Part shown: positions 26,940 to 43,400 of the stretch, one piece after another
Layout of the letters: the number at the start of each line of letters is the position of its first letter
Numbering within the stretch: position 1 is the stretch's first letter
Origin: Auanema rhodensis
Lineage: Eukaryota > Animalia > Nematoda
NCBI GenBank assembly: GCA_964057225.1
Contig: OZ059895.1
Location: 1 to 64,000, forward strand
Direction: 5' to 3'
DNA length: 64,000 nt
Notes under the pieces: model-generated
What the model was told of the DNA's origin: nothing
The model's input: the letters and a program-made list of their open reading frames with translations, nothing else
Database searches by the model: none
Program-made: the position numbers and the translations under genes

Positions 26940-29900
26940 TACATTTAATTAGCATAAATTAAAGTTCACGTAAATTTCAAAGTCATGGTTACCATGCACC
27001 AATATCAATAAAAATTTGTTGTTAGACTAATATGGACATGGGGAATCTAATTTTGAAAACCGCATCTCTTTATCTTTCACGTGAAGCGAGTTACATACCA
27101 AGTGCACATCACGTGTACATTTAATTAGCATAAATTAAAGTTCACGTAAATTTCAAAGTCATGGTTACCATGCACCAATATCAATAAAAATTGGTTTTTA
27201 GACTAATATGGACATGGGGAATCTAATTTTGAGAATCGCATCTCTTTATCTTTCACGTGAAGCGAGTTACATACCAAGTGCACATCACGTGTACATTTAA
27301 TTAGCATAAATTAAAGTTCACGTAAATTTCAAAGTCATGGTTACCATGCACCAATATCAATAAAAATTGGTTTTTAGACTAATATGGACATGGGGAATCT
27401 AATTTTGAAAATCGCATCTCTTTATCTTTCACGTGAAGCGAGTTACATACCAAGTGCACATCACGTGTACATTTAATTAGCATAAATTAAAGTTCACGTA
27501 AATTTCAAAGTCATGGTTACCATGCACCAATATCAATAAAAATTTGTTGTTAGACTAATATGGACATGGGGAATCTAATTTTGAAAACCGCATCTCTTTA
27601 TCTTTCACGTGAAGCGAGTTACATACCAAGTGCACATCACGTGTACATTTAATTAGCATAAATTTACATTTAATTGGCATAAATTAAAGTTCACGTAAAT
27701 TTCAAAGTCATGGTTACCATGAACCAATATCAATAAAAATTTGTTTTTAGACTAATATGGACATGGGGAATCTAATTTTGAAAACCGCATCTCTTTATCT
27801 TTCACGTGAAGCGAGTTACAAACCAAGTGCACATCACGTGTACATTTAATTAGCATAAATTAAAGTTCACGTAAATTTCAAAGTCATGGTTACCATGAAC
27901 CAATATCAATAAAAATTTGTTTTTAGACTAATATGGACATGGGGAATCTAATTTTGAAAACCGCATCTCTTTATCTTTCACGTGAAGCGAGTTACATACC
28001 AAGTGCACATCGCGTGTACATTTAATTAGCATAAATTAAAGTTCACGTAAATTTCAAAGTCATGGTTACCATGCACCAATATCAATAAAAATTTGTTGTT
28101 AGACTAATATGGACATGGGGAATCTAATTTTGAAAACCGCATCTCTTTATCTTTCACGTGAAGCGAGTTACATACCAAGTGCTCATCACGTGTACATTTA
28201 ATTAGCATAAATTTACATTCAATTAGCATAAATTAAAGTTCACGTAAATTTCAAAGTCATGGTTACCATGCACCAATATCAATAAAAATTTGTTGTTAGA
28301 CTAATATGGACATGGGGAATCTAATTTTGAAAACCGCATCTCTTTATCTTTCACGTGAAGCGAGTTACATACCAAGTGCACATCACGTGTACATTTAATT
28401 AGCATGAATTAAAGTTCACGTAATTTTCAAAGTCATGGTTACCATGAACCAATATCAATAAAAATTTGTTTTTAGACTAATATGGACATGGGGAATCTAA
28501 TTTTGAAAACCGCATCTCTTTATCTTTCACGTGAAGCAAGTTACATACCAAGTGCACATCACGTGTACATTTAATTAGCATAAATTAAAGTTCACGTAAA
28601 TTTCAAAGTCATGGTTACCATGCACCAATATCAATAAAAATTTGTTGTTAGACTAATATGGACATGGGGAATCTAATTTTGAAAACCGCATCTCTTTATC
28701 TTTCACGTGAAGCGAGTTACATACCAAGTGCACATCACGTGTACATTTAATTAGCATAAATTTACATTTAATTGGCATAAATTAAAGTTCACGTAAATTT
28801 CAAAGTCATGGTTACCATGAACCAATATCAATAAAAATTTGTTTTTAGACTAATATGGACATGGGGAATCTAATTTTGAAAACCGCATCTCTTTATCTTT
28901 CACGTGAAGCGAGTTACAAACCAAGTGCACATCACGTGTACATTTAATTAGCATAAATTAAAGTTCACGTAAATTTCAAAGTCATGGTTACCATGAACCA
29001 ATATCAATAAAAATTTGTTTTTAGACTAATATGGACATGGGGAATCTAATTTTGGAAACCGCATCTCTTTATCTTTCACGTGAAGCAAGTTACATACCAA
29101 GTGCACATCACGTGTACATTTAATTAGCATAAATTAAAGTTCACGTAAATTTCAAAGTCATGGTTACCATGCACCAATATCAATAAAAATTTGTTGTTAG
29201 ACTAATATGGACATGGGGAATCTAATTTTGAAAACCGCATCTCTTTATCTTTCACGTGAAGCGAGTTACATACCAAGTGCACATCACGTGTACATTTAAT
29301 TAGCATAAATTAAAGTTCACGTAAATTTCAAAGTCCTGGTTACCATGCACCAATATCAATAAAAATTGGTTTTTAGACTAATATGGACATGGGGAATCTA
29401 ATTTTGAGAATCGCATCTCTTTATCTTTCACGTGAAGCGAGTTACATACCAAGTGCACATCACGTGTACATTTAATTAGCATAAATTGAAGTTCACGTAA
29501 ATTTCAAAGTCATGGTTACCATGCACCAATATCAATAAAAATTGGTTTTTAGACTAATATGGACATGGGGAATCTAATTTTGAGAATCGCATCTCTTTAT
29601 CTCTCACGTGAAGCGAGTTACATACCAAGTGCACATCACGTGTACATTTAATTAGCATAAATTAAAGTTCACGTAAATTTCAAAGTCATGGTTACCATGA
29701 ACCAATATCAATAAAAATTTGTTTTAAGACTAATATGGACATGGGGAATCTAATTTTGAAAACCGCATCTCTTTATCTTTCACGTGAAGCGAGTTACATA
29801 CCAAGTGCACATCACGTGTACATTTAATTAGCATAAATTAAAGTTCACGTAAATTTCAAAGTCATGGTTACCATGCACCAATATCAATAAAAATTTGTTT

Positions 29901-32900
29901 TTAGACTAATATGGACATGGGGAATCTAATTTTGGAAACCGCATCTCTTTATCTTTCACGTGAAGCAAGTTACATACCAAGTGCACATCACGTGTACATT
30001 TAATTAGCATAAATTAAAGTTCACGTAAATTTCAAAGTCATGGTTACCATGCACCAATATCAATAAAAATTTGTTGTTAGACTAATATGGACATGGGGAA
30101 TCTAATTTTGAAAACCGCATCTCTTTATCTTTCACGTGAAGCGAGTTACATACCAAGTGCACATCACGTGTACATTTAATTAGCATAAATTAAAGTTCAC
30201 GTAAATTTCAAAGTCATGGTTACCATGCACCAATATCAATAAAAATTGGTTTTTAGACTAATATGGACATGGGGAATCTAATTTTGAGAATCGCATCTCT
30301 TTATCTTTCACGTGAAGCGAGTTACATACCAAGTGCACATCACGTGTACATTTAATTAGCATAAATTAAAGTTCACGTAAATTTCAAAGTCATGGTTACC
30401 ATGCACCAATATCAATAAAAATTGGTTTTTAGACTAATATGGACATGGGGAATCTAATTTTGAAAATCGCATCTCTTTATCTTTCACGTGAAGCGAGTTA
30501 CATACCAAGTGCACATCACGTGTACATTTAATTAGCATAAATTAAAGTTCACGTAAATTTCAAAGTCATGGTTACCATGAACCAATATCAATAAAAATTT
30601 GTTTTAAGACTAATATGGACATGGGGAATCTAATTTTGAAAACCGCATCTCTTTATCTTTCACGTGAAGCGAGTTACATACCAAGTGCACATCGCGTGTA
30701 CATTTAATTAGCATAAATTAAAGTTCACGTAAATTTCAAAGTCATGGTTACCATGCACCAATATCAATAAAAATTTGTTGTTAGACTAATATGGACATGG
30801 GGAATCTAATTTTGAAAACCGCATCTCTTTATCTTTCACGTGAAGCGAGTTACATACCAAGTGCACATCACGTGTACATTTAATTAGCATAAATTAAAGT
30901 TCACGTAAATTTCAAAGTCATGGTTACCATGCACCAATATCAATAAAAATTGGTTTTTAGACTAATATGGACATGGGGAATCTAATTTTGAGAATCGCAT
31001 CTCTTTATCTTTCACGTGAAGCGAGTTACATACCAAGTGCACATCACGTGTACATTTAATTAGCATAAATTAAAGTTCACGTAAATTTCAAAGTCATGGT
31101 TACCATGCACCAATATCAATAAAAATTGGTTTTTAGACTAATATGGACATGGGGAATCTAATTTTGAAAATCGCATCTCTTTATCTTTCACGTGAAGCGA
31201 GTTACATACCAAGTGCACATCACGTGTACATTTAATTAGCATAAATTAAAGTTCACGTAAATTTCAAAGTCATGGTTACCATGCACCAATATCAATAAAA
31301 ATTTGTTGTTAGACTAATATGGACATGGGGAATCTAATTTTGAAAACCGCATCTCTTTATCTTCCACGTGAAGCGAGTTACATACCAAGTGCACATCACG
31401 TGTACATTTAATTAGCATAAATTTACATTTAATTGGCATAAATTAAAGTTCACGTAAATTTCAAAGTCATGGTTACCATGAACCAATATCAATAAAAATT
31501 TGTTTTTAGACTAATATGGACATGGGGAATCTAATTTTGAAAACCGCATCTCTTTATCTTTCACGTGAAGCGAGTTACAAACCAAGTGCACATCACGTGT
31601 ACATTTAATTAGCATAAATTAAAGTTCACGTAAATTTCAAAGTCATGGTTACCATGAACCAATATCAATAAAAATTTGTTTTTAGACTAATATGGACATG
31701 GGGAATCTAATTTTGAAAACCGCATCTCTTTATCTTTCACGTGAAGCGAGTTACATACCAAGTGCACATCGCGTGTACATTTAATTAGCATAAATTAAAG
31801 TTCACGTAAATTTCAAAGTCATGGTTACCATGCACCAATATCAATAAAAATTTGTTGTTAGACTAATATGGACATGGGGAATCTAATTTTGAAAACCGCA
31901 TCTCTTTATCTTTCACGTGAAGCGAGTTACATACCAAGTGCTCATCACGTGTACATTTAATTAGCATAAATTTACATTTAATTAGCATAAATTAAAGTTC
32001 ACGTAAATTTCAAAGTCATGGTTACCATGCACCAATATCAATAAAAATTTGTTGTTAGACTAATATGGACATGGGGAATCTAATTTTGAAAACCGCATCT
32101 CTTTATCTTTCACGTGAAGCGAGTTACATACCAAGTGCACATCACGTGTACATTTAATTAGCATGAATTAAAGTTCACGTAATTTTCAAAGTCATGGTTA
32201 CCATGAACCAATATCAATAAAAATTTGTTTTTAGACTAATATGGACATGGGGAATCTAATTTTGAAAACCGCATCTCTTTATCTTTCACGTGAAGCAAGT
32301 TACATACCAAGTGCACATCACGTGTACATTTAATTAGCATAAATTAAAGTTCACGTAAATTTCAAAGTCATGGTTACCATGCACCAATATCAATAAAAAT
32401 TTGTTGTTAGACTAATATGGACATGGGGAATCTAATTTTGAAAACCGCATCTCTTTATCTTTCACGTGAAGCGAGTTACATACCAAGTGCACATCACGTG
32501 TACATTTAATTAGCATAAATTTACATTTAATTGGCATAAATTAAAGTTCACGTAAATTTCAAAGTCATGGTTACCATGAACCAATATCAATAAAAATTTG
32601 TTTTTAGACTAATATGGACATGGGGAATCTAATTTTGAAAACCGCATCTCTTTATCTTTCACGTGAAGCGAGTTACAAACCAAGTGCACATCACGTGTAC
32701 ATTTAATTAGCATAAATTAAAGTTCACGTAAATTTCAAAGTCATGGTTACCATGAACCAATATCAATAAAAATTTGTTTTTAGACTAATATGGACATGGG
32801 GAATCTAATTTTGGAAACCGCATCTCTTTATCTTTCACGTGAAGCAAGTTACATACCAAGTGCACATCACGTGTACATTTAATTAGCATAAATTAAAGTT

Positions 32901-34457
32901 CACGTAAATTTCAAAGTCATGGTTACCATGCACCAATATCAATAAAAATTTGTTGTTAGACTAATATGGACATGGGGAATCTAATTTTGAAAACCGCATC
33001 TCTTTATCTTTCACGTGAAGCGAGTTACATACCAAGTGCACATCACGTGTACATTTAATTAGCATAAATTAAAGTTCACGTAAATTTCAAAGTCATGGTT
33101 ACCATGCACCAATATCAATAAAAATTGGTTTTTAGACTAATATGGACATGGGGAATCTAATTTTGAGAATCGCATCTCTTTATCTTTCACGTGAAGCGAG
33201 TTACATACCAAGTGCACATCACGTGTACATTTAATTAGCATAAATTGAAGTTCACGTAAATTTCAAAGTCATGGTTACCATGCACCAATATCAATAAAAA
33301 TTGGTTTTTAGACTAATATGGACATGGGGAATCTAATTTTGAGAATCGCATCTCTTTATCTCTCACGTGAAGCGAGTTACATACCAAGTGCACATCACGT
33401 GTACATTTAATTAGCATAAATTAAAGTTCACGTAAATTTCAAAGTCATGGTTACCATGAACCAATATCAATAAAAATTTGTTTTAAGACTAATATGGACA
33501 TGGGGAATCTAATTTTGAAAACCGCATCTCTTTATCTTTCACGTGAAGCGAGTTACATACCAAGTGCACATCACGTGTACATTTAATTAGCATAAATTAA
33601 AGTTCACGTAAATTTCAAAGTCATGGTTACCATGCACCAATATCAATAAAAATTTGTTTTTAGACTAATATGGACATGGGGAATCTAATTTTGGAAACCG
33701 CATCTCTTTATCTTTCACGTGAAGCAAGTTACATACCAAGTGCACATCACGTGTACATTTAATTAGCATAAATTAAAGTTCACGTAAATTTCAAAGTCAT
33801 GGTTACCATGCACCAATATCAATAAAAATTTGTTGTTAGACTAATATGGACATGGGGAATCTAATTTTGAAAACCGCATCTCTTTATCTTTCACGTGAAG
33901 CGAGTTACATACCAAGTGCACATCACGTGTACATTTAATTAGCATAAATTAAAGTTCACGTAAATTTCAAAGTCATGGTTACCATGCACCAATATCAATA
34001 AAAATTGGTTTTTAGACTAATATGGACATGGGGAATCTAATTTTGAGAATCGCATCTCTTTATCTTTCACGTGAAGCGAGTTACATACCAAGTGCACATC
34101 ACGTGTACATTTAATTAGCATAAATTAAAGTTCACGTAAATTTCAAAGTCATGGTTACCATGCACCAATATCAATAAAAATTGGTTTTTAGACTAATATG
34201 GACATGGGGAATCTAATTTTGAAAATCGCATCTCTTTATCTTTCACGTGAAGCGAGTTACATACCAAGTGCACATCACGTGTACATTTAATTAGCATAAA
34301 TTAAAGTTCACGTAAATTTCAAAGTCATGGTTACCATGAACCAATATCAATAAAAATTTGTTTTAAGACTAATATGGACATGGGGAATCTAATTTTGAAA
34401 ACCGCATCTCTTTATCTTTCACGTGAAGCGAGTTACATACCAAGTGCACATCACGTG
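26940..34457. repeat. Tandem duplication of a 21-monomer, 3759-bp block (about 26940-30698 and 30699-34457)
   Basis: Markers are offset by exactly 3759 = 21x176 + 3x21: 21-bp duplications at 27644/31403, 28193/31952, 28742/32501, and monomers 27082/30841 and 30489/34248. Confidence 0.88.
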
Positions 34458-37400
34458 TACATTTAATTAGCATAAATTAAAGTTCACGTAAATTTCAAAG
34501 TCATGGTTACCATGAACCAATATCAATAAAAATTTGTTTTTATACTAATATGGACATGGGGAATCTAATTTTGAAAACCGCATCTCTTTATCTTTCACGT
34601 GAAGCGAGTTGCATACCAAGTGCACATCACGTGTACATTTAATTAGCATAAATTAAAGTTCACGTAAATTTCAAAGTCATGGTTACCATGCACCAATATC
34701 AATAAAAATTTGTTGTTAGACTAATATGGACATGGGGAATCTAATTTTGAAAACCGCATCTCTTTATCTTTCACGTGAAGCGAGTTACATACCAAGTGCA
34801 CATCACGTGTACATTTAATTAGCATAAATTAAAGTTCACGTAAATTTCAAAGTCATGGTTACCATGCACCAATATCAATAAAAATTTGTTGTTAGACTAA
34901 TATGGACATGGGGAATCTAATTTTGAAAACCGCATCTCTTTATCTTTCACGTGAAGCGAGTTACATACCAAGTGCACATCACGTGTACATTTAATTAGCA
35001 TAAATTTACATTTAATTGGCATAAATTAAAGTTCACGTAAATTTCAAAGTCATGGTTACCATGAACCAATATCAATAAAAATTTGTTTTTAGACTAATAT
35101 GGACATGGGAAATCTAATTTTGAAAACCGCATCTCTTTATCTTTCACGTGAAGCGAGTTACAAACCAAGTGCACATCACGTGTACATTTAATTAGCATAA
35201 ATTAAAGTTCACGTAAATTTCAAAGTCATGGTTACCATGAACCAATATCAATAAAAATTTGTTTTTAGACTAATATGGACATGGGGAATCTAATTTTGAA
35301 AACCGCATCTCTTTATCTTTCACGTGAAGCGAGTTACATACCAAGTGCACATCGCGTGTACATTTAATTAGCATAAATTAAAGTTCACGTAAATTTCAAA
35401 GTCATGGTTACCATGCACCAATATCAATAAAAATTTGTTTTTAGACTAATATGGACATGGGGAATCTAATTTTGAAAACCGCATCTCTTTATCTTTCACG
35501 TGAAGCAAGTTACATACCAAGTGCACATCACGTGTACATTTAATTAGCATAAATTAAAGTTCACGTAAATTTCAAAGTCATGGTTACCATGAACCAATAT
35601 CAATAAAAATTTGTTTTTAGACTAATATGGACATGGGGAATCTAATTTTGAAAACCGCATCTCTTTATCTTTCACGTGAAGCAAGTTACATACCAAGTGC
35701 ACATCACGTGTACATTTAATTAGCATAAATTAAAGTTCACGTAAATTTCAAAGTCATGGTTACCATGCACCAATATCAATAAAAATTTGTTGTTAGACTA
35801 ATATGGACATGGGGAATCTAATTTTGAAAACCGCATCTCTTTATCTTTCACGTGAAGCGAGTTACATACCAAGTGCACATCGCGTGTACATTTAATTAGC
35901 ATAAATTAAAGTTCACGTAAATTTCAAAGTCATGGTTACCATGCACCAATATCAATAAAAATTTGTTTTTAGACTAATATGGACATGGGGAATCTAATTT
36001 TGAAAACTGCATCTCTTTATCTTTCACGTGAAGCGAGTTACATACCAAGTGCACATCACGTGTACATTTAATTAGCATAAATTAAAGTTCACGTAATTTT
36101 CAAAGTCATGGTTACCATGAACCAATATCAATAAAAATTTGTTTTTAGACTAATATGGACATGGGGAATCTAATTTTGAAAACCGCATCTCTTTATCTTT
36201 CACGTGAAGCAAGTTACATACCAAGTGCACATCACGTGTACATTTAATTAGCATAAATTAAAGTTCACGTAAATTTCAAAGTCATGGTTACCATGCACCA
36301 ATATCAATAAAAATTTGTTGTTAGACTAATATGGACATGGGGAATCTAATTTTGAAAACCGCATCTCTTTATCTTTCACGTGAAGCGAGTTACATACCAA
36401 GTGCACATCGCGTGTACATTTAATTAGCATAAATTAAAGTTCACGTAAATTTCAAAGTCATGGTTACCATGCACCAATATCAATAAAAATTTGTTTTTAG
36501 ACTAATATGGACATGGGGAATCTAATTTTGAGAACTGCATCTCTTTATCTTTCACGTGAAGCGAGTTACATACCAAGTGCACATCACGTGTACATTTAAT
36601 TAGCATAAATTAAAGTTCACGTAATTTTCAAAGTCATGGTTACCATGAACCAATATCAATAAAAATTTGTTTTTAGACTAATATGGACATGGGGAATCTA
36701 ATTTTGAAAACCGCATCTCTTTATCTTTCACGTGAAGCAAGTTACATACCAAGTGCACATCACGTGTACATTTAATTAGCATAAATTAAAGTTCACGTAA
36801 ATTTCAAAGTCATGGTTACCATGCACCAATATCAATAAAAATTTGTTGTTAGACTAATATGGACATGGGGAATCTAATTTTGAAAACCGCATCTCTTTAT
36901 CTTTCACGTGAAGCGAGTTACATACCAAGTGCACATCACGTGTACATTTAATTAGCATAAATTAAAGTTCACGTAAATTTCAAAGTCATGGTTACCATGC
37001 ACCAATATCAATAAAAATTGGTTTTTAGACTAATATGGACATGGGGAATCTAATTTTAAAAATCGCATCTCTTTATCTTTCACGTGAAGCGAGTTACATA
37101 CCAAGTGCACATCACGTGTACATTTAATTATTTAATTAGCATAAATTAAAGTTCACGTAAATTTCAAAGTCATGGTTACCATGAACCAATATCAATAAAA
37201 ATTTGTTTTTAGACTAATATGGACATGGGGAATCTAAATTTGAAAACCGCATCTTTTTATCTTTCACGTGAAGCGAGTTACATACCAAGTGCACATCACG
37301 TGTACATTTAATTAGCATAAATTAAAGTTCACGTAAATTTCAAAGTCATGGTTACCATGAACCAATATCAATAAAAATTTGTTTTTAGACTAATATGGAC

Positions 37401-40400
37401 ATGGGGAATCTAATTTTGGAAACCGCATCTCTTTATCTTTCACGTGAAGCAAGTTACATACCAAGTGCACATCACGTGTACATTTAATTAGCATAAATTA
37501 AAGTTCACGTAAATTTCAAAGTCATGGTTACCATGCACCAATATCAATAAAAATTTGTTGTTAGACTAATATGGACATGGGGAATCTAATTTTGAAAACC
37601 GCATCTCTTTATCTTTCACGTGAAGCGAGTTACATACCAAGTGCACATCACGTGTACATTTAATTAGCATAAATTTACATTTAATTGGCATAAATTAAAG
37701 TTCACGTAAATTTCAAAGTCATGGTTACCATGAACCAATATCAATAAAAATTTGTTTTTAGACTAATATGGACATGGGGAATCTAATTTTGAAAACCGCA
37801 TCTCTTTATCTTTCACGTGAAGCGAGTTACAAACCAAGTGCACATCACGTGTACATTTAATTAGCATAAATTAAAGTTCACGTAAATTTCAAAGTCATGG
37901 TTACCATGAACCAATATCAATAAAAATTTGTTTTTAGACTAATATGGACATGGGGAATCTAATTTTGAAAACCGCATCTCTTTATCTTTCACGTGAAGCG
38001 AGTTACATACCAAGTGCACATCGCGTGTACATTTAATTAGCATAAATTAAAGTTCACGTAAATTTCAAAGTCATGGTTACCATGCACCAATATCAATAAA
38101 AATTTGTTGTTAGACTAATATGGACATGGGGAATCTAATTTTGAAAACCGCATCTCTTTATCTTTCACGTGAAGCGAGTTACATACCAAGTGCTCATCAC
38201 GTGTACATTTAATTAGCATAAATTTACATTTAATTAGCATAAATTAAAGTTCACGTAAATTTCAAAGTCATGGTTACCATGCACCAATATCAATAAAAAT
38301 TTGTTGTTAGACTAATATGGACATGGGGAATCTAATTTTGAAAACCGCATCTCTTTATCTTTCACGTGAAGCGAGTTACATACCAAGTGCACATCACGTG
38401 TACATTTAATTAGCATGAATTAAAGTTCACGTAATTTTCAAAGTCATGGTTACCATGAACCAATATCAATAAAAATTTGTTTTTAGACTAATATGGACAT
38501 GGGGAATCTAATTTTGAAAACCGCATCTCTTTATCTTTCACGTGAAGCAAGTTACATACCAAGTGCACATCACGTGTACATTTAATTAGCATAAATTAAA
38601 GTTCACGTAAATTTCAAAGTCATGGTTACCATGCACCAATATCAATAAAAATTTGTTGTTAGACTAATATGGACATGGGGAATCTAATTTTGAAAACCGC
38701 ATCTCTTTATCTTTCACGTGAAGCGAGTTACATACCAAGTGCACATCACGTGTACATTTAATTAGCATAAATTTACATTTAATTAGCATAAATTAAAGTT
38801 CACGTAAATTTCAAAGTCATGGTTACCATGCACCAATATCAATAAAAATTTGTTTTTAGACTAATATGGACATGGGGAATCTAATTTTGGAAACCGCATC
38901 TCTTTATCTTTCACGTGAAGCAAGTTACATACCAAGTGCACATCACGTGTACATTTAATTAGCATAAATTAAAGTTCACGTAAATTTCAAAGTCATGGTT
39001 ACCATGCACCAATATCAATAAAAATTGGTTTTTAGACTAATATGGACATGGGGAATCTAATTTTGAGAATCGCATCTCTTTATCTTTCACGTGAAGCGAG
39101 TTACATACCAAGTGCACATCACGTGTACATTTAATTAGCATAAATTAAAGTTCACGTAAATTTCAAAGTCATGGTTACCATGAACCAATATCAATAAAAA
39201 TTTGTTTTTAGACTAATATGGACATGGGGAATCTAATTTTGAAAACCGCATCTCTTTATCTTTCACGTGAAGCGAGTTACAAACCAAGTGCACATCACGT
39301 GTACATTTAATTAGCATAAATTAAAGTTCACGTAAATTTCAAAGTCATGGTTACCATGAACCAATATCAATAAAAATTTGTTTTTAGACTAATATGGACA
39401 TGGGGAATCTAATTTTGGAAACCGCATCTCTTTATCTTTCACGTGAAGCAAGTTACATACCAAGTGCCCATCACGTGTACATTTAATTAGCATAAATTAA
39501 AGTTCACGTAAATTTCAAAGTCATGGTTACCATGCACCAATATCAATAAAAATTTGTTGTTAGACTAATATGGACATGGGGAATCTAATTTTGAAAACCG
39601 CATCTCTTTATCTTTCACGTGAAGCGAGTTACATACCAAGTGCACATCACGTGTACATTTAATTAGCATAAATTAAAGTTCACGTAAATTTCAAAGTCAT
39701 GGTTACCATGCACCAATATCAATAAAAATTGGTTTTTAGACTAATATGGACATGGGGAATCTAATTTTGAGAATCGCATCTCTTTATCTTTCACGTGAAG
39801 CGAGTTACATACCAAGTGCACATCACGTGTACATTTAATTAGCATAAATTGAAGTTCACGTAAATTTCAAAGTCATGGTTACCATGCACCAATATCAATA
39901 AAAATTGGTTTTTAGACTAATATGGACATGGGGAATCTAATTTTGAAAATCGCATCTCTTTATCTCTCACGTGAAGCGAGTTACATACCAAGTGCACATC
40001 ACGTGTACATTTAATTAGCATAAATTAAAGTTCACGTAAATTTCAAAGTCATGGTTACCATGAACCAATATCAATAAAAATTTGTTTTAAGACTAATATG
40101 GACATGGGGAATCTAATTTTGAAAACCGCATCTCTTTATCTTTCACGTGAAGCGAGTTACATACCAAGTGCACATCACGTGTACATTTAATTAGCATAAA
40201 TTAAAGTTCACGTAAATTTCAAAGTCATGGTTACCATGCACCAATATCAATAAAAATTTGTTTTTAGACTAATATGGACATGGGGAATCTAATTTTGGAA
40301 ACCGCATCTCTTTATCTTTCACGTGAAGCAAGTTACATACCAAGTGCACATCACGTGTACATTTAATTAGCATAAATTAAAGTTCACGTAAATTTCAAAG

Positions 40401-43400
40401 TCATGGTTACCATGCACCAATATCAATAAAAATTTGTTGTTAGACTAATATGGACATGGGGAATCTAATTTTGAAAACCGCATCTCTTTATCTTTCACGT
40501 GAAGCGAGTTACATACCAAGTGCACATCACGTGTACATTTAATTAGCATAAATTAAAGTTCACGTAAATTTCAAAGTCATGGTTACCATGCACCAATATC
40601 AATAAAAATTGGTTTTTAGACTAATATGGACATGGGGAATCTAATTTTGAGAATCGCATCTCTTTATCTTTCACGTGAAGCGAGTTACATACCAAGTGCA
40701 CATCACGTGTACATTTAATTAGCATAAATTAAAGTTCACGTAAATTTCAAAGTCATGGTTACCATGCACCAATATCAATAAAAATTGGTTTTTAGACTAA
40801 TATGGACATGGGGAATCTAATTTTGAAAATCGCATCTCTTTATCTTTCACGTGAAGCGAGTTACATACCAAGTGCACATCACGTGTACATTTAATTAGCA
40901 TAAATTAAAGTTCACGTAAATTTCAAAGTCATGGTTACCATGAACCAATATCAATAAAAATTTGTTTTAAGACTAATATGGACATGGGGAATCTAATTTT
41001 GAAAACCGCATCTCTTTATCTTTCACGTGAAGCGAGTTACATACCAAGTGCACATCACGTGTACATTTAATTAGCATAAATTAAAGTTCACGTAAATTTC
41101 AAAGTCATGGTTACCATGAACCAATATCAATAAAAATTTGTTTTTATACTAATATGGACATGGGGAATCTAATTTTGAAAACCGCATCTCTTTATCTTTC
41201 ACGTGAAGCGAGTTGCATACCAAGTGCACATCACGTGTACATTTAATTAGCATAAATTAAAGTTCACGTAAATTTCAAAGTCATGGTTACCATGCACCAA
41301 TATCAATAAAAATTTGTTGTTAGACTAATATGGACATGGGGAATCTAATTTTGAAAACCGCATCTCTTTATCTTTCACGTGAAGCGAGTTACATACCAAG
41401 TGCACATCACGTGTACATTTAATTAGCATAAATTAAAGTTCACGTAAATTTCAAAGTCATGGTTACCATGCACCAATATCAATAAAAATTTGTTGTTAGA
41501 CTAATATGGACATGGGGAATCTAATTTTGAAAACCGCATCTCTTTATCTTTCACGTGAAGCGAGTTACATACCAAGTGCACATCACGTGTACATTTAATT
41601 AGCATAAATTTACATTTAATTGGCATAAATTAAAGTTCACGTAAATTTCAAAGTCATGGTTACCATGAACCAATATCAATAAAAATTTGTTTTTAGACTA
41701 ATATGGACATGGGAAATCTAATTTTGAAAACCGCATCTCTTTATCTTTCACGTGAAGCGAGTTACAAACCAAGTGCACATCACGTGTACATTTAATTAGC
41801 ATAAATTAAAGTTCACGTAAATTTCAAAGTCATGGTTACCATGAACCAATATCAATAAAAATTTGTTTTTAGACTAATATGGACATGGGGAATCTAATTT
41901 TGAAAACCGCATCTCTTTATCTTTCACGTGAAGCGAGTTACATACCAAGTGCACATCGCGTGTACATTTAATTAGCATAAATTAAAGTTCACGTAAATTT
42001 CAAAGTCATGGTTACCATGCACCAATATCAATAAAAATTTGTTTTTAGACTAATATGGACATGGGGAATCTAATTTTGAAAACCGCATCTCTTTATCTTT
42101 CACGTGAAGCAAGTTACATACCAAGTGCACATCACGTGTACATTTAATTAGCATAAATTAAAGTTCACGTAAATTTCAAAGTCATGGTTACCATGAACCA
42201 ATATCAATAAAAATTTGTTTTTAGACTAATATGGACATGGGGAATCTAATTTTGAAAACCGCATCTCTTTATCTTTCACGTGAAGCAAGTTACATACCAA
42301 GTGCACATCACGTGTACATTTAATTAGCATAAATTAAAGTTCACGTAAATTTCAAAGTCATGGTTACCATGCACCAATATCAATAAAAATTTGTTGTTAG
42401 ACTAATATGGACATGGGGAATCTAATTTTGAAAACCGCATCTCTTTATCTTTCACGTGAAGCGAGTTACATACCAAGTGCACATCGCGTGTACATTTAAT
42501 TAGCATAAATTAAAGTTCACGTAAATTTCAAAGTCATGGTTACCATGCACCAATATCAATAAAAATTTGTTTTTAGACTAATATGGACATGGGGAATCTA
42601 ATTTTGAAAACTGCATCTCTTTATCTTTCACGTGAAGCGAGTTACATACCAAGTGCACATCACGTGTACATTTAATTAGCATAAATTAAAGTTCACGTAA
42701 TTTTCAAAGTCATGGTTACCATGAACCAATATCAATAAAAATTTGTTTTTAGACTAATATGGACATGGGGAATCTAATTTTGAAAACCGCATCTCTTTAT
42801 CTTTCACGTGAAGCAAGTTACATACCAAGTGCACATCACGTGTACATTTAATTAGCATAAATTAAAGTTCACGTAAATTTCAAAGTCATGGTTACCATGC
42901 ACCAATATCAATAAAAATTTGTTGTTAGACTAATATGGACATGGGGAATCTAATTTTGAAAACCGCATCTCTTTATCTTTCACGTGAAGCGAGTTACATA
43001 CCAAGTGCACATCACGTGTACATTTAATTAGCATAAATTAAAGTTCACGTAAATTTCAAAGTCATGGTTACCATGCACCAATATCAATAAAAATTGGTTT
43101 TTAGACTAATATGGACATGGGGAATCTAATTTTAAAAATCGCATCTCTTTATCTTTCACGTGAAGCGAGTTACATACCAAGTGCACATCACGTGTACATT
43201 TAATTATTTAATTAGCATAAATTAAAGTTCACGTAAATTTCAAAGTCATGGTTACCATGAACCAATATCAATAAAAATTTGTTTTTAGACTAATATGGAC
43301 ATGGGGAATCTAAATTTGAAAACCGCATCTTTTTATCTTTCACGTGAAGCGAGTTACATACCAAGTGCACATCACGTGTACATTTAATTAGCATAAATTA

